DNA from: Camelus dromedarius | Taxonomy: Eukaryota | NCBI RefSeq assembly: GCF_036321535.1 | Contig: NC_087436.1 | Span: forward strand, 86,740,001-86,804,000 | Length of the DNA: 64,000 bases | Reading direction: 5' to 3' | Shown: in pieces, positions 13,887 through 25,698 of the stretch | Numbering within the stretch: the first letter of the stretch is position 1 | Layout: each line of letters starts with the position of its first letter | Made by a program: the position numbers and the translations under genes | The notes under the pieces: model-generated | Database searches by the model: none | Told to the model about the DNA's origin: nothing | Seen by the model: the letters and a program-made list of their open reading frames with translations, nothing else

Positions 13887-14699
13887 CTATAAGCACATCC
13901 AAAGTTAGATCACCTTATAATGAATGACTTAACAAAATATGTCTTTTATGAAAAATAAATTAAAAAATCAGACTTTACTTCTATTAAAAAAAAGCTTAAG
14001 AAGTATTAAAAATTTCTAGATCTTTGTAAAAGAAACCCTACACATTTACATTTCAGAGTATTACTAATCTTGCCACCAAAGACAATGTATTTTACAAGTT
14101 TATCAAAAATCAGTTTGTCGAAGACACATCACCAAGGAGCTGCACGGTGTCCAAACGTGCATTTGTACTATACTAAAGACAATCAAGAATATGCATTTTA
14201 GGCAAGGAACAAACATTAACTTTCCATACAGAAGGGACTGTGACTTAATGGCAGTTAAAAACCAGATGTCAAAAAGCCCCTTTCAAGAGGGCAGTAAAAT
14301 TATTTTATGAAAAAGGTATACATGAGATACTGAAAACGATAAGCCTAAGGGACATGAGGTACTTTTATGATGTGGGTTAAAGAGCAGTCTCTTAAAAAAT
14401 AAAAACTTCACCTTAATACAGGAGACACTCGGGGTTTTCTTTATGGGCCATAATGTATTCCATCTTTTTCTTTCTCTCTTTTAATTAATTATTTTTAAAG
14501 CACGACTTTCAGACAAGGAGGTACCCTTGCAGGTGCATTCCATACAAACTGACCATCAAGAAACAAGACGTTAGTTTTACAGCATCAACTTTATTTAGCT
14601 ATTATTACAGAATGACTGTTTCTGGGAACAGGAAGGGCATCCTACAGTCAAGGGGCAAGAGACACACCAACACAGCTCAGAATCGATATAAAAAAACAA

Positions 14700-15470
14700 G
14701 AGGAAAGAGCGCGGAGGCGAGGCGGCCGGGAAGCGCCGAGAGGAGGAGGGCGAGGCTGGGGTCCCCGCGCCCCCGGCCCAGCCCCGACCCGGTGGCCGCG
14801 GGGTGGGTGCGTGTTGGGGGCGTGGGCAGGGCGGGAGGAGGCAGAGAGGGGCGGGGGACGCACACGCCGCGCTCGGCCTAAGGCAGGCCGGATAAGGCTC
14901 CGTACTGGAGGCCCCAGCCGGCAGCGTGAAGGGCCCGGGACGCCGGCCGTCTGCGGGCGGGAGGGGAGGCCTGAGAGAACCCGGGAGAGAGAGAAGGGAC
15001 AAGAAGTTCCGTACCGCCATAGAGCCACTCTTCCTCCTCATCCCCTCCGGTCCCGCCGCTCAGCTCCGACACTAGGCGCTCGACCTCGCCGGCCGACATG
15101 GCCGCCCCGAGCACAACTTAAAGGCGGAGATCAACAGCCCCCTCCAACCCCTTCCCCAGCCTCGCTGCCCGGGGGCTCGAGAGGGGCGCGAACCCGCCGG
15201 CGAGCGAACGAAGAATGCTGGAGACTCAAATCCAAGGGACACGGCCGCCGCGGCGGCGGAGGCGGCAAAAAAGACGACTCCGGCGCCGCTCCGCCCGCGC
15301 ACGCGCAGCAGCACTCCTGCAGCGCGGCGTCTCTAGGTGGCTTCACTTCCGCGGCGTCCACCTGAGCCTGGTTGCGCATGCGCCTCTTAGTCGGCCCCGC
15401 CCTCAAGGAATCTTCTTCGCTGTCTTAGCGTGGCTTCTCCCGTGACGTCATGCGTCGGCTAGGGTTCCCC
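14700..15470. promoter_or_regulatory. FIP1L1 CpG island and promoter
   Basis: Very GC/CpG-rich; ETS CACTTCCG 15344-15351, NRF1 TGCGCATGCGC 15373-15383, GC box 15393-15402, palindromic CRE TGACGTCA 15443-15450; no TATA box seen. Confidence 0.9.
15015..15099 (-). CDS. FIP1L1: FIP1L1 (pre-mRNA 3'-end processing factor Fip1) coding exon 1
   Basis: ATG at 15099 in GCGGCCATG context; encodes [28 protein letters not shown](G), the recognisable FIP1L1 N-terminus; 85 nt then G|GTAC donor; inside CpG island. Confidence 0.97.
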
Positions 15471-16869
15471 TCCCCCAACCTTTCCTCTAAAAATCCGTGT
15501 TGCTCTTGCTGGAGGGCACACCATTGTTCCTCTCCGCTCTTCCTGCATTGTTTCTGTTCTCAGCCGGGTTTTTTTCTTCATCTTCCTCGAGGCCTTGTTT
15601 CATTCTTTACATGTTGTATGAGACTTGATACAGAATCATTACCTTATCAGTCCCCTATTTCTCATTAGAGAAGAAATAATAATTCGTGATCACTTTCTTG
15701 AAAAATTAGTTTTAACAGCAAACAAAAGCCAAACTAATAGTTCATTCTCCTTATTAAAAAGTCAAAGACACTCTCATCCATTACTCTCCTTTCCAGAAAT
15801 AGCCTTCGTTTTTCTGTTTTATGTGCAGCATAATGAAATTTTCTATGTATTTTGTTCATGTGTATTGTTTTGGTGGAAGTACTTGAGGTTAACGAGTCTT
15901 AAAGTGTACAATACTGTAGGTACCATTGTGTGGATTGCTTTTTTTTTTAAGCTCAGCAATGTCTTGAAGATCTTTTCCATGTTCTTGAACATCAAAGTAT
16001 ATACATTTTTAAGTGCTTTCATAATATTCCATTGCATGGCTATCACAAAATGAATATGGCTATTTACCTATTGTACATTTAGATTGCTTTCACCTTTTCA
16101 CTGTCACAAAGGAAAAAACAGCTACAATGAAGAGCCTTGTAAATGACTTCTTGCAGGTTTGTACACATTTCTCTCCAAGATAGATCATAAAGTGTGAAGT
16201 ATTTAACAACTTTGGGGCTACTTTTGAGAACACATCCTCCAAGGAGATCACATAGGATGGGTCAAAAGTGATTTTCTAGTTCTTAACCATAACTACCAAG
16301 TAGTAGCATGAACTCAAGTCAATCTCTCTATGCTTCAGTTTTCTCATCTATAAAATGGGAAAGCTGAGTTAAATGATCTCTGAAGTCTCTCTCCATTCTA
16401 AAGTGTTCAAACAAGATGCTTGCTTTTCAATAGAAAGAAAGCCATTCTAGTTTTACAAATCAATAATGGGTTTACTTGCTCTCCAGTCAATAAATAATGT
16501 TTTTCATTTATTTATTTAACAAATTTTGAATATCTGCTGTTTAAGAACTTAGAAAATAAAGGTATGAGTAAAACATAGTCCCTGCTCTTAAAGAGCTCTC
16601 AGTTTATTGAGAGGAGTCAGAAGGGTCATAAACAGTAAACTCTCCTACAAGGGAAAAGTGGGTCTGTTGTAATAGAAGCACAAACAAACTGTTTTCATAA
16701 CACCAGTGCCACACTCTCATGTTATTTAAACAAATCATGTGGTTTTAATCCCCCTTACCTTTGAACACTCCTCTGTTGCTATTTCAGTCTCCCTTATCTA
16801 CAGAGTATAATTCCTTGCATACTTCTAAACTCTGTTGAGATATAGTCAACTTTGTGAAATCTTTCCTGA

Positions 16870-17340
16870 ATCCCATTTATTTATTCTATAAGTATTTCAT
16901 GGGGGAGGGGTCTACCAAGTGCCAAGGACTCTTCTAAGCTATGTAGATTCAGCAATGAGTAAAACAGTCCTTCCCTTTGTGAAGCTTTCATCCCAAGGGA
17001 GACAGAATATAAACATATAAATGTACAATATGTCAAACGGTCATAAGTATTATGAAGAAGAGTAAGCAGGACGGGGAACCCAAAGTGGAGTGATGAAGAG
17101 GGGTAAGGTGCAATCTTATATCAAGGGGTCAGGTAAAGTCACTCTAATGAGGTGGTACAAGAGAAGAGACTCAAATAGAGAGAAGTATCCATTATGGATT
17201 TCTGGGAGAAGCCCTACCAGACAGAGAATAGGAAGTACAAAGGCCCTGAGGCAGAAGCATACTTGGAGCATTCAAGGAAGCCAAAGCTGCAGTGAAGTGA
17301 GGGAGTGAGAGGATATATAGATGAGATTAGGATTATTGGG
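16870..17340 (-). mobile_element. LINE-2 fragment (approximate)
   Basis: ATTTATTTATTC...GTGCCAAGG...AAAACAGTCC...AAAGGCCCTGAGGCAG antisense L2 motifs. Confidence 0.6.
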
Positions 17341-18060
17341 AGGTGGGTAGTGTAGAGCTAATCACTTCTTTCTACACACTATGGCATGTGTCTATCACAT
17401 CATATAATAATTACCTGACTACATATCTTTTCCCTGTTTCCATAAGACTCTTCTCCAAGTCCTCCCTCAAACAGGGTATCTTCTTACATGTCATTCTACT
17501 TTCTGATATGGTGTGTAACACGCAGAAGATTTTCTTGGCCACTACTGACAGTAATGAAATGAAGATTTTACATTCTGCTTGAGAGTATTGTAAGGCAATC
17601 ACTCACAGTTCTGTCTATTTATCTTTCTACTTATCATTCCATGAGTCCTTTGGTGGTTTTATGGGAGAACCAATTGCCTGTTGATGAGGAGCCAGCCTCT
17701 TTATGCTGCCTAAAATGAGCTTGTCCTTTAAGGCATTACTTAAACTGAACTGAATTGATGAATAATAATTGATGCATCAGAATCGCCTTCATTGTAGAGG
17801 TAGCATTTGAGCTAAGCTTTGAAAATGAAGATGTTCACAAGCAAAGAAGCCCATAAATCACTAATAATAACTCTTCAAAGACCTCTTCCTTCTTTGCTTC
17901 CAATCTGAGTTTCTTGCCTCGATAAGCTTCCTTAGTTAAGGGTGACTTCATCTCCCACCAGGGGAGATTTCAAAGATAGGTAGCTTCAAGATATTATATA
18001 AAATTATGACCTTACCAAACTACAATTCTCCATATATTCTGATTATATTTGTTTCCCATT

Positions 18061-18061
18061 T

Positions 18062-18114
<53 letters not shown>
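18061..18114. repeat. Compound microsatellite (TG)13(AG)14
   Basis: Read directly from sequence. Confidence 0.95.
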
Positions 18115-18119
<5 letters not shown>

Positions 18120-18543
18120 TTGGTTCCTGCCAAAAAAAAAAACCAAAACAAAAAAACCAAAAAACAAAAACCCTGAAACAACAAAGTACCACTTTTAATG
18201 CATCTGTCTCTGAGAAGTACTGAAAGGGAGTGCTTAGTAGTTGATGGTTAAAATGATGACAAGAGGTAAAAAGTGCCTTGCTCAGTGTTTAGTAGATAGT
18301 AAGTTCTCATAAATGTGTTTTAAATAGATATGGCATTTAGGCCCAACTGTGCTATTCACTGCCAACTTTAGTTATGTCCCTTCGATGTTCCTCAGTTTTC
18401 TCATCAGTAAATCGATATATTAAAATAGCATTTTATACCCACTTCTTGGAAGGATAACAAAGCTAAAATGAGGTTTTAAATGTGAAAACATCTGACAAGT
18501 TAGAGGTGAGCTGGTGCTATACGATAAAGAAATTTTCACATAT

Positions 18544-19164
18544 TGAGGTATGGGGAAGTCATTCTGGCTTACACATGAGTTTTGTGGTTTTGTTTTTATT
18601 TTTTGGTTTTGTTTTTCCACTTAACGGAGGTACTGGGGATTGAACCCAGGACCTTGTGCACGCCAAGCAAGCACTCTACCACTGAGATATAACCCCATCC
18701 ACTGGCTTATACGTGAGTTAACTTGAATTTTATGCTAACTAAAATAGCCTGTTTATTTCCTATCAAACATATTTTGTATATCTGCTTTAATTATTAAAGG
18801 AAAGGGCACCTTGATCAGAAGTAAAGAATGTCCATGTTAAAAATAAAGATAAAATGCCTCCACTCCTAAGATACCGTGCTGGTCCTCCTTTGATGGTAAG
18901 ACTCCACTCCCAGGTGCCAAGGCCATACTGACTTTCTGTGTATCTGCTGATCTTTTTTTTTTAAACCTTGAAGGAATATAATCCTGATTTGTTTGATGTT
19001 CTTTGTTCTGACAAGATAAAACTGTGCTGAAAACTATGCTTCTTTGGAGCAGTTCCTCAGAGGTATCCAAGAGTCTGTCTTCTGGTCTACAGTCCTCAGT
19101 TTGGCTTAAATAAAATTCTTTTCTATTCCTATAATAGATCACTTACTGATTATTTTTGTCGACA
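18544..19164 (+). mobile_element. Solo ERV-type LTR interrupted by the SINE
   Basis: TG...CA ends (TGAGG...GTCGACA), AATAAA at ~19109 after CCTCAGTTTGGCTT, typical of ERV1 LTR R/U5; possible TSD CATAT/TATAT; left boundary uncertain. Confidence 0.6.
18582..18701 (-). mobile_element. tRNA(Ala)-derived SINE (camelid Vic-1-like)
   Basis: Minus strand GGGGTTATATCTCAGTGGTAGAG...GGTTCAATCCCCAGTACCTCC with A and B boxes, A-rich tail; 18-bp TSD with 2 mismatches at 18564-18581 and 18702-18719. Confidence 0.85.
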
Positions 19165-19639
19165 TATATTATGGTTTAGGCCTTTTGTTCTTTGAGCAAT
19201 CTGAGTAACTGCACATGTACAGAGTTTTCTTTGCTCTCTAGATACTAAAGTGAGGAATGAAGCCCCAGTTATCTATCTTCCTCTGCATTCTGGTATATTT
19301 TAACACTAAATTCTATTTAACACTAATTGTTTCTGGAAAATTGTTATCATCTCTCATTCACATCTACACTGTTGTGTAAACTGCACATTCTTTAAGGGTG
19401 AAAACAAAATTTTTTTATTTACCAAATGCTATCTTACAATATCAAGCAAATGGAAAGTGCTTGGTAAATCCTTAAGGGTTGATCATATATATGGAGGTCT
19501 TAGCAATGAGATGAAGGGAGAGATGCTTGATTTGATGAGAATAGGAAATAATTGCTGGCTACTTAGGGCAGAAAAGTACAAATCACATTTAAATAAGGTA
19601 AATCTGATGATCTTAAACATGTAACTGTAGCAAGAATTC

Positions 19640-21325
19640 ATCTGACTCTCCTATAATATCTGAGAGCAAGAAATGGATTTTTTCCTGGTTTTTCTTCTCA
19701 TTTCTGTTTACCCTGTCTACCAAGGTCATTCCATCCAGTTGCATGACTTTTAACACTGTCCATGTGATATGTATCAATGACTCCCAACTTTCTGTCTGCA
19801 TTCTTAATTTCTCCTTGAGCTCAGGACAAACTGCTCACTCTGAAGCTTTACCACATGCCTCTCTTGGTTATTTAATAGGTATGTCAAACTTATGCCCAAA
19901 ACAAAACTTGTGGGCTCCCCTCCCAAACCTGTCCTCTCCCACTTCCATCCTCTCCCAGGCTTCTCCATCATACTCTCAGTAACCACCAACTGACCAGTTG
20001 TTTAGCCAAAACCCAAAGAATCATCCTTGATTCCTCTCTTTCCCTCTTGAGTCCTTCTCATGCCTATGAAAACCCATTAGCAAGAACTGTTAGTTCTTCC
20101 TATAAACTATATCCCAAATCTGTCTACTTCTCTCCATCTCCACTGCCACACAGCAATTCAAGTAACACAGACCCCTTAAATAGCTTCCTGTTACACATCA
20201 AATACAATCCAAATTTCCCACCACGTGACCTACAAGCCCCTTCATGATCTGGCAGCCCTTTGGGTGGCATGTGGCCATACAGGTTGTGCACTGTCCAACT
20301 TTATGGGGTCCCCACATCTCATTCTGACTCACTTTTTGTCAACTCTTTAAGTGTCATTCCCTTACATTCTCTGTGCTTATTTCCTCCTAGTTTCTTCAGA
20401 TCTGCATTCCAACTCTGCACCTAACTCTCAGTCCCTAGCCTTGTTCCATTATATATACATGTCCCATAGTCTCATTATTTTAGCAGAACGATGTCTCTAC
20501 TCATTCACTGAAACTTAAACCTAATTTCTCTCCAAAAACAGCACTTCTCTTCATCCTTCTATACTGCATGCCCACAATTTTCCTTCATCCTGTTGTACTG
20601 TGAAGCCTGGAGATAGGATTGCTATAACTCTGACGCTGGTGGGCCACTACCAGATTGTTATGGTCCCACTTTCTTGTGAAAACCCTCCTCCTTGTCAGTG
20701 CATACCTCCTAGTTAACCACCTCTGCCCCTCTCTCTTCATCTCCCCTCATTCACAGATGATGCTGGGGGTCGGGTGCACAGTCTTCCTTTCTTTTACCAC
20801 TTGGCACCATTATGAGTGACTTGCATATCTGGCTTGCCTGTTTTTTGACGTCCTAGAATCTAACTATCTTACAAACTTCATTCACTCCACTTCAGCAGTC
20901 TGCCTTCAGGGCCACCCCATGGATTTTATTATATCCTGGAACTGTTCTCTTCTTGAATTTTAGAGGCCAAGCTAGTCTCTTTGACCCTAGCTTCATATTC
21001 TTCCAGCCTTTCTTTTTCATATTCCATCTCCCTTTTCCCTTCTTTGGTACTTGCCACTGTTGACCACTCTATTCTTTTTGAAACTTGTTTCCCTTATGAC
21101 TCCACTCACTGGCTTCCCTTCTTCCACAGACCTGGAAATGTTGCTTAGAGATCTGTCCATCACCCTTATTGTCTTCTGTCTTCTTCATGCTGTCTTTAAG
21201 CAATCTCAAGCACACCCATTTGCTAATGATTCCCAAATCACCAGACTTCTGTCCTGCAATCCATAATCATACATCCAACTGTCTACCAGATGTTTCCACC
21301 TGGATGTCCCACAGTACCTTAAAAC
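19640..21325 (+). mobile_element. LINE-2 fragments (approximate)
   Basis: Long C/T-rich degenerate L2 body (TCATCCTTGATTCCTCTCT, TCCACCTGGATGTCC). Confidence 0.55.
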
Positions 21326-22390
21326 AAGTTCCCACTCCCATTACAATGTCTACTATCAAAACAACAACAGCTAGAATCTTAAAAAATGACACAAATGAAC
21401 TTATTTACAAAACAGAAATAGATTCAAAGACATAGAAAACAAACTTATGGTTACCAAAGGGGAAAGGGTGGAGAGGGGAGGGGTAAATCAAGAATTTGGG
21501 ATTAACATATATACACTACTATATATAAAATAGATAAACAACAAGGACCTACTTTATAACACAGGGAACTATATTCAATAGCTTGTAATAACCTATAATG
21601 GAAAAGAATATGAAAAGGAATATATATATGCATACATATGTATAACTGAATCACTTTGCTGTAAATCTGAAACATTGTAAATCAACTATACTTCAATAAA
21701 AATGCAAAAAGCCTGCACAATAACAGAAAATAACAAGTGTTAGCAAGAACTTGGGGAAATTAGAATGCTCGTACACTGTCGGTAAGAAAGTAAAATGGTA
21801 TAGCAGCTATGGAAACAGAGGGTCCTCAGAAAAATTAAAAATAGAATTACTGTATGATCCAGCAGTTCCACTTCTGGGTATATATCCACAAGAATGGAAA
21901 GCAAGGTCTCAAATAAATATTTGTATACTCATGTTCCTAGCAGTATTATTCACAATTGCCAAAATGTGAAAGCAATCCAAATGTCCATTGGCTGGTGAAT
22001 AAATGAACAAAATGTGGTATACATAGCAGTATATACAATGGAATATTATTCAGCCTTAAAAAAGAAGAAAATTCTGCTATATAACATGGATAAACTTTGA
22101 GGATATTAATGCTAAGAGAAATAAGCCAGTCACAGAAACACAAATAATTGTATGATTCTAATTATATGAGGGACTTAGAATAGTCAACTCATAGAAACAG
22201 AAAGTAGAATGATGGTTGCCAGGGGAAGGAGGAATGGAGAGTTGTTGCTAATGGGTATAGTTTCAGTTTCCAAAGACAAAAAAGTTCTAAAGATTGGTTG
22301 CATAACAATGTGAAAATACTTAATTTCAGAACTGTGCACTTAAAAATGGTTAAGATGGTAAATTTCATGTATTTTCCCATAATTAAAAAA
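21325..22390 (+). mobile_element. Old L1 (L1MA/MB-like) ORF2 end + 3' UTR carrying a nested younger L1 3' UTR (~21372-21702)
   Basis: ORF 21751-21969 has ELLYDPAVPLLGIYP (ORF2 C-terminus); inner piece GACACAAATGAACTTATTTACAAAACAGAA...TCAACTATACTTCAATAAAAA is a cetartiodactyl-type L1 3' UTR. Confidence 0.8.
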
Positions 22391-22783
22391 ACAGACATAT
22401 AGACAAACAAAAATATGTCCCAACCAAACTCAGTAATTTATTCCCTGATATGCTTATGCTTCTCTTCTATTTTTTCAAATCTCAGTGACTGCCACTTACT
22501 AGTCACCCAGGCAGAAAACTGGGGCATTTTTCCCTTTGCCTCTCTCTTTGTCAGTCTGGTCACCAGGCTTCTTGGGTCTCTTGACATCTCTTCAAAAATC
22601 CCACGATGCCTACCCCCTTTTCTCAGTACCCTTATATACTCTCACCTAGAGTCATTGCTTTTACTGTTTTCTATCTCCTCTCCCTGCCCTAACTCTTACT
22701 CCATTCAAATTATTTTCCATTTACAACTTTTTTCCCCCCCGTAAACTCCAGCTATGAACAAATTATTTCCACTCCTAAAAATA

Positions 22784-23097
22784 CACTCAGGCCCTCCATT
22801 TTGACAAGTTCCACAGCCATGGATTCAACCAACATTGGGTGTAAAATATTTGAAAAAGAATTCCAGAAAGTTCCAAATAGCAAAACCTGAATTTACCATG
22901 CACCAACAACTATTCACATAGAATTGACATTGTTACTAGGTATTATAAGTAATCTAAAGCTGACTTAAAGTATACAGTTTATGGGTTATACTCAAATCCT
23001 ATGCCATTTTATACAGGTGACTTGAGCATCTGAAATTTTGGTATCTTGGTAGGAGGTGTCCTGGAATCAATTCCTCAAGGATATCGAGGGATGATTG
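22784..23097. mobile_element. TcMar-Tigger MITE (Tigger3a/MER7-like)
   Basis: TA-flanked degenerate TIRs (CACTCAGGCCCTCC... / ...GGATATCGAGGGATGATTG) and internal GGATTCAACCAAC, TATTATAAGTAATCTA motifs. Confidence 0.7.
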
Positions 23098-24589
23098 TAT
23101 TTTAATAGTTCTCCATCGTTTGCTGCTAGTTAGAATGAAAAATGAGACTCACTCTGATCTAGTCCCTTCTTTTCTAGTTCCTAGCTCCTATTTCTTCATG
23201 GGCCTCTGTTTAAACAATACATTCAAGCTGTACTAAACCATTTGTAGCTCTAGAGAACACGTTGTAAGGTTTCATACTTCTACATATTTGTTCATGCTGC
23301 ACTCTTTGCCTGGGCGGTCAGGTTCGCTCCTCCCCATCCTGTACACCTGGTGAGCACCTGGTTTTCTTTGAAGGAAACTGAAAATTCATGTCCTATATGA
23401 AACTTTTGACCACTTCCTTTTTTCCTTCACTTAGTCAGAATTTATTTTTACCAATTTGCAACACTTAAACATTTTTTTAAAAAATCATTGCTCTTGTAAC
23501 ATTTGATTGCATTTGTTTGCTTTACATGTGTGGGTACTTTTATTTCAGATTATTTTGAAGGCAAGGCTGTGGCTTTATCCATATCCTCAGTGCCTATCCA
23601 CAGTGACTGGAATATTGTACATGCCCATTAAAAGCTGGTTGAATATATTATTTATTAGATTGATATGAATTGAAAATTTATTCAACAAACATTTATTGAA
23701 TATCTGTTATTTTCTAGTGTTGGGGATTCCAGGTCTCTGGTGCACCATCTAGGAGAACAAATGTGGGAAGGAAAACAGGTATGTTAAAACTTACCCTATG
23801 ATATGGCAAGTACTTAGCAGAGGTGTAAACTTTTCATGAATCAAGTAATAGATCTTATTAACCACTGCATCTTTGGAGCCTAGAGCAGTGATTACACTTA
23901 TTAAGTGCTTAATAAATACTCATTGAATGAACCTCTGAAACATTCTGGGCTCAGTCTGTTGCCTTCATTATGCAAGTATTTCATGTTCTAACATGGGAGT
24001 GGCTGGAGAGAAATTGAGAAATCATGAAGGTTTTTGGTGCCATTAGAGTGTCTGGTTGTATCCTGTAGGCAATTTGGTCACGAGAGGCTTTCAAGCAGAA
24101 AAAAATGGTTGGATAAAGTTATCTGAATCGGAGGGACAAGAGATGGAAAACTGGGAAGTGATGGGGGATCACTGCTATTGTCCAGTTGAACCATGATGGT
24201 GGACTAAGGCAGTGACAGCAAGCATGGATAGGGAGAAGGGCTGGATTCCAGATTTTTGAAGCAGATTAAGATTGGTGCCTATGAGATGAGGGAAGATGGA
24301 GAAAGTGTAGGTGAAACTAGTATGTTTGTTAGACGCTTGTGTCCAATAATGTATGTGATAGAAATATATAAACTATAAAACATCACACAGCAGTCGGTTG
24401 CTTTTGTCTTCTCTGGCTGCCGTTAGTTTAGCTGGGCAACGTGGCTGTCCTCTTAAAGAGATATGTTCAGATTCAAGGGAAAATATCAAATTTCGAATTA
24501 GGTTTTATCATCCCTGAGATTACTCAAGGAGCAGCATCTGAGCGGGAGGGAGATGGAAAAAAAAAATACCTCAGCTATCTCATAACCAG

Positions 24590-24860
24590 CTCCTTCTTCC
24601 TTCCGGGAACTTTCGAGGCGCCCCAGGACCCCGGGGCCCCGCCCATTTCTTCCCAGATCTCACCATTCTTTCGCGACGGGCATCCTCCCTAGCCAATCAG
24701 GCTCCGTGACGTCATTGTCGTGCGCCCAGAATGCGCCTGGACAAATCAGAGGCGGCCCCACGTGTACTGTGTTGACTGTCAAAATTTCGGGGACCCCAAT
24801 TCCCGGAAGCTGTTAAGTTCTGAGAGAAGTACCGGCATCTGCGTCTGCGAATCCCCAGCC
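24590..24860 (+). promoter_or_regulatory. SCFD2 CpG-rich promoter / 5' UTR
   Basis: GC box ~24636, CCAAT 24693-24697, CRE 24707-24714, E-box CACGTG 24759-24764, TTCCGGGAA 24601-24609 and TTCCCGGAA 24800-24808. Confidence 0.85.
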
Positions 24861-25698
24861 ATGAGCACCCCGGGCGTTCTGTCCTTTACGCAGCAGGCCT
24901 GGGAGCAGGTGCTGGCCAAGGTGAAACGGGCTGTGGTCTACCTGGACACCGCCTGCGCCGAGAGCCTGCACTGGGGCTGCGGAGCCTCGCGGCTGCTGGA
25001 GGCCGTGGGGAGCCCTGCGTGTTACCTGCGGGAGTTCGAGCCCGCCGCAGTTGGTGGCGGAGCCGAGCAGCCCAAGGCGGTGTTTGTGTTGAGCTGCTTG
25101 CTGAAAGGCCGGACCGTGGAGACCCTAAGGGGCATCATCTGCCGCAGTCACTTCCAGTATTGTGTGGTGGTCACGGCTGTGAACCACGCAGTCCACCTCA
25201 CGGCTAATCACGTGCCGGCAGCGGCAGCGGCGGAGTTGGAAGGGCAGCAGCCGGTGTTTGAGCAACTGGAGGAGAAACTGTGCGAGTGGATGGGCAACAT
25301 GAACTACACTGCTGAGGTGCTACACGTCCCGTTGTTACTCGCTCCTGCTGCTCCCCACCTTGCCTTGACTCCAGCTTTTGCTTCTCTTTTCCCACTGTTA
25401 CCCCAGGATGTGCAAATCCTCAACAGTGCCCGACCGGACAAGAGGAGGCTAGGAAGCCTGGGTGAGGTGGATGCCACTGCCCTGACCCCTGAGCTGCTGC
25501 TGCAGATCAGGTGTCTGGTGTCAGGCCTCAGTTCCCTGTGTGAGCATTTAGGGGTACGGGAGGAGTGTTTTGCTGTAGGTTCCCTCAGTCGAATCATCGC
25601 TGCAGATCTGGCCAATTTTGCTCCCGCCAAAAATAGAAGGAGGACTGCCACAGGCAGGGCATCAGTGGTCTTTGTGGACAGAACTCTGGATCTCACAG
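24861..25698 (+). CDS. SCFD2: SCFD2 (Sec1 family domain-containing protein 2) coding exon 1
   Basis: GCCATG start; MSTPGVLSFTQQAWEQVLAKVKRAVVYLD...SVVFVDRTLDLT(G) with the Sec1/Munc18 'DRxxDL' motif; 838 nt, CAG|GTAAGT donor. Confidence 0.96.

Noticed and set aside
14595..15668. Many overlapping 60-184 aa ORFs in the FIP1L1 CpG island
   Set aside because: Expected from stop-codon scarcity in GC-rich DNA; Pro/Arg/Gly low-complexity products; only 15015-15099 matches a known protein
18626..18696. Functional tRNA-Ala gene
   Set aside because: Stems are mismatched and it has an A-rich tail plus TSD, so it is a SINE
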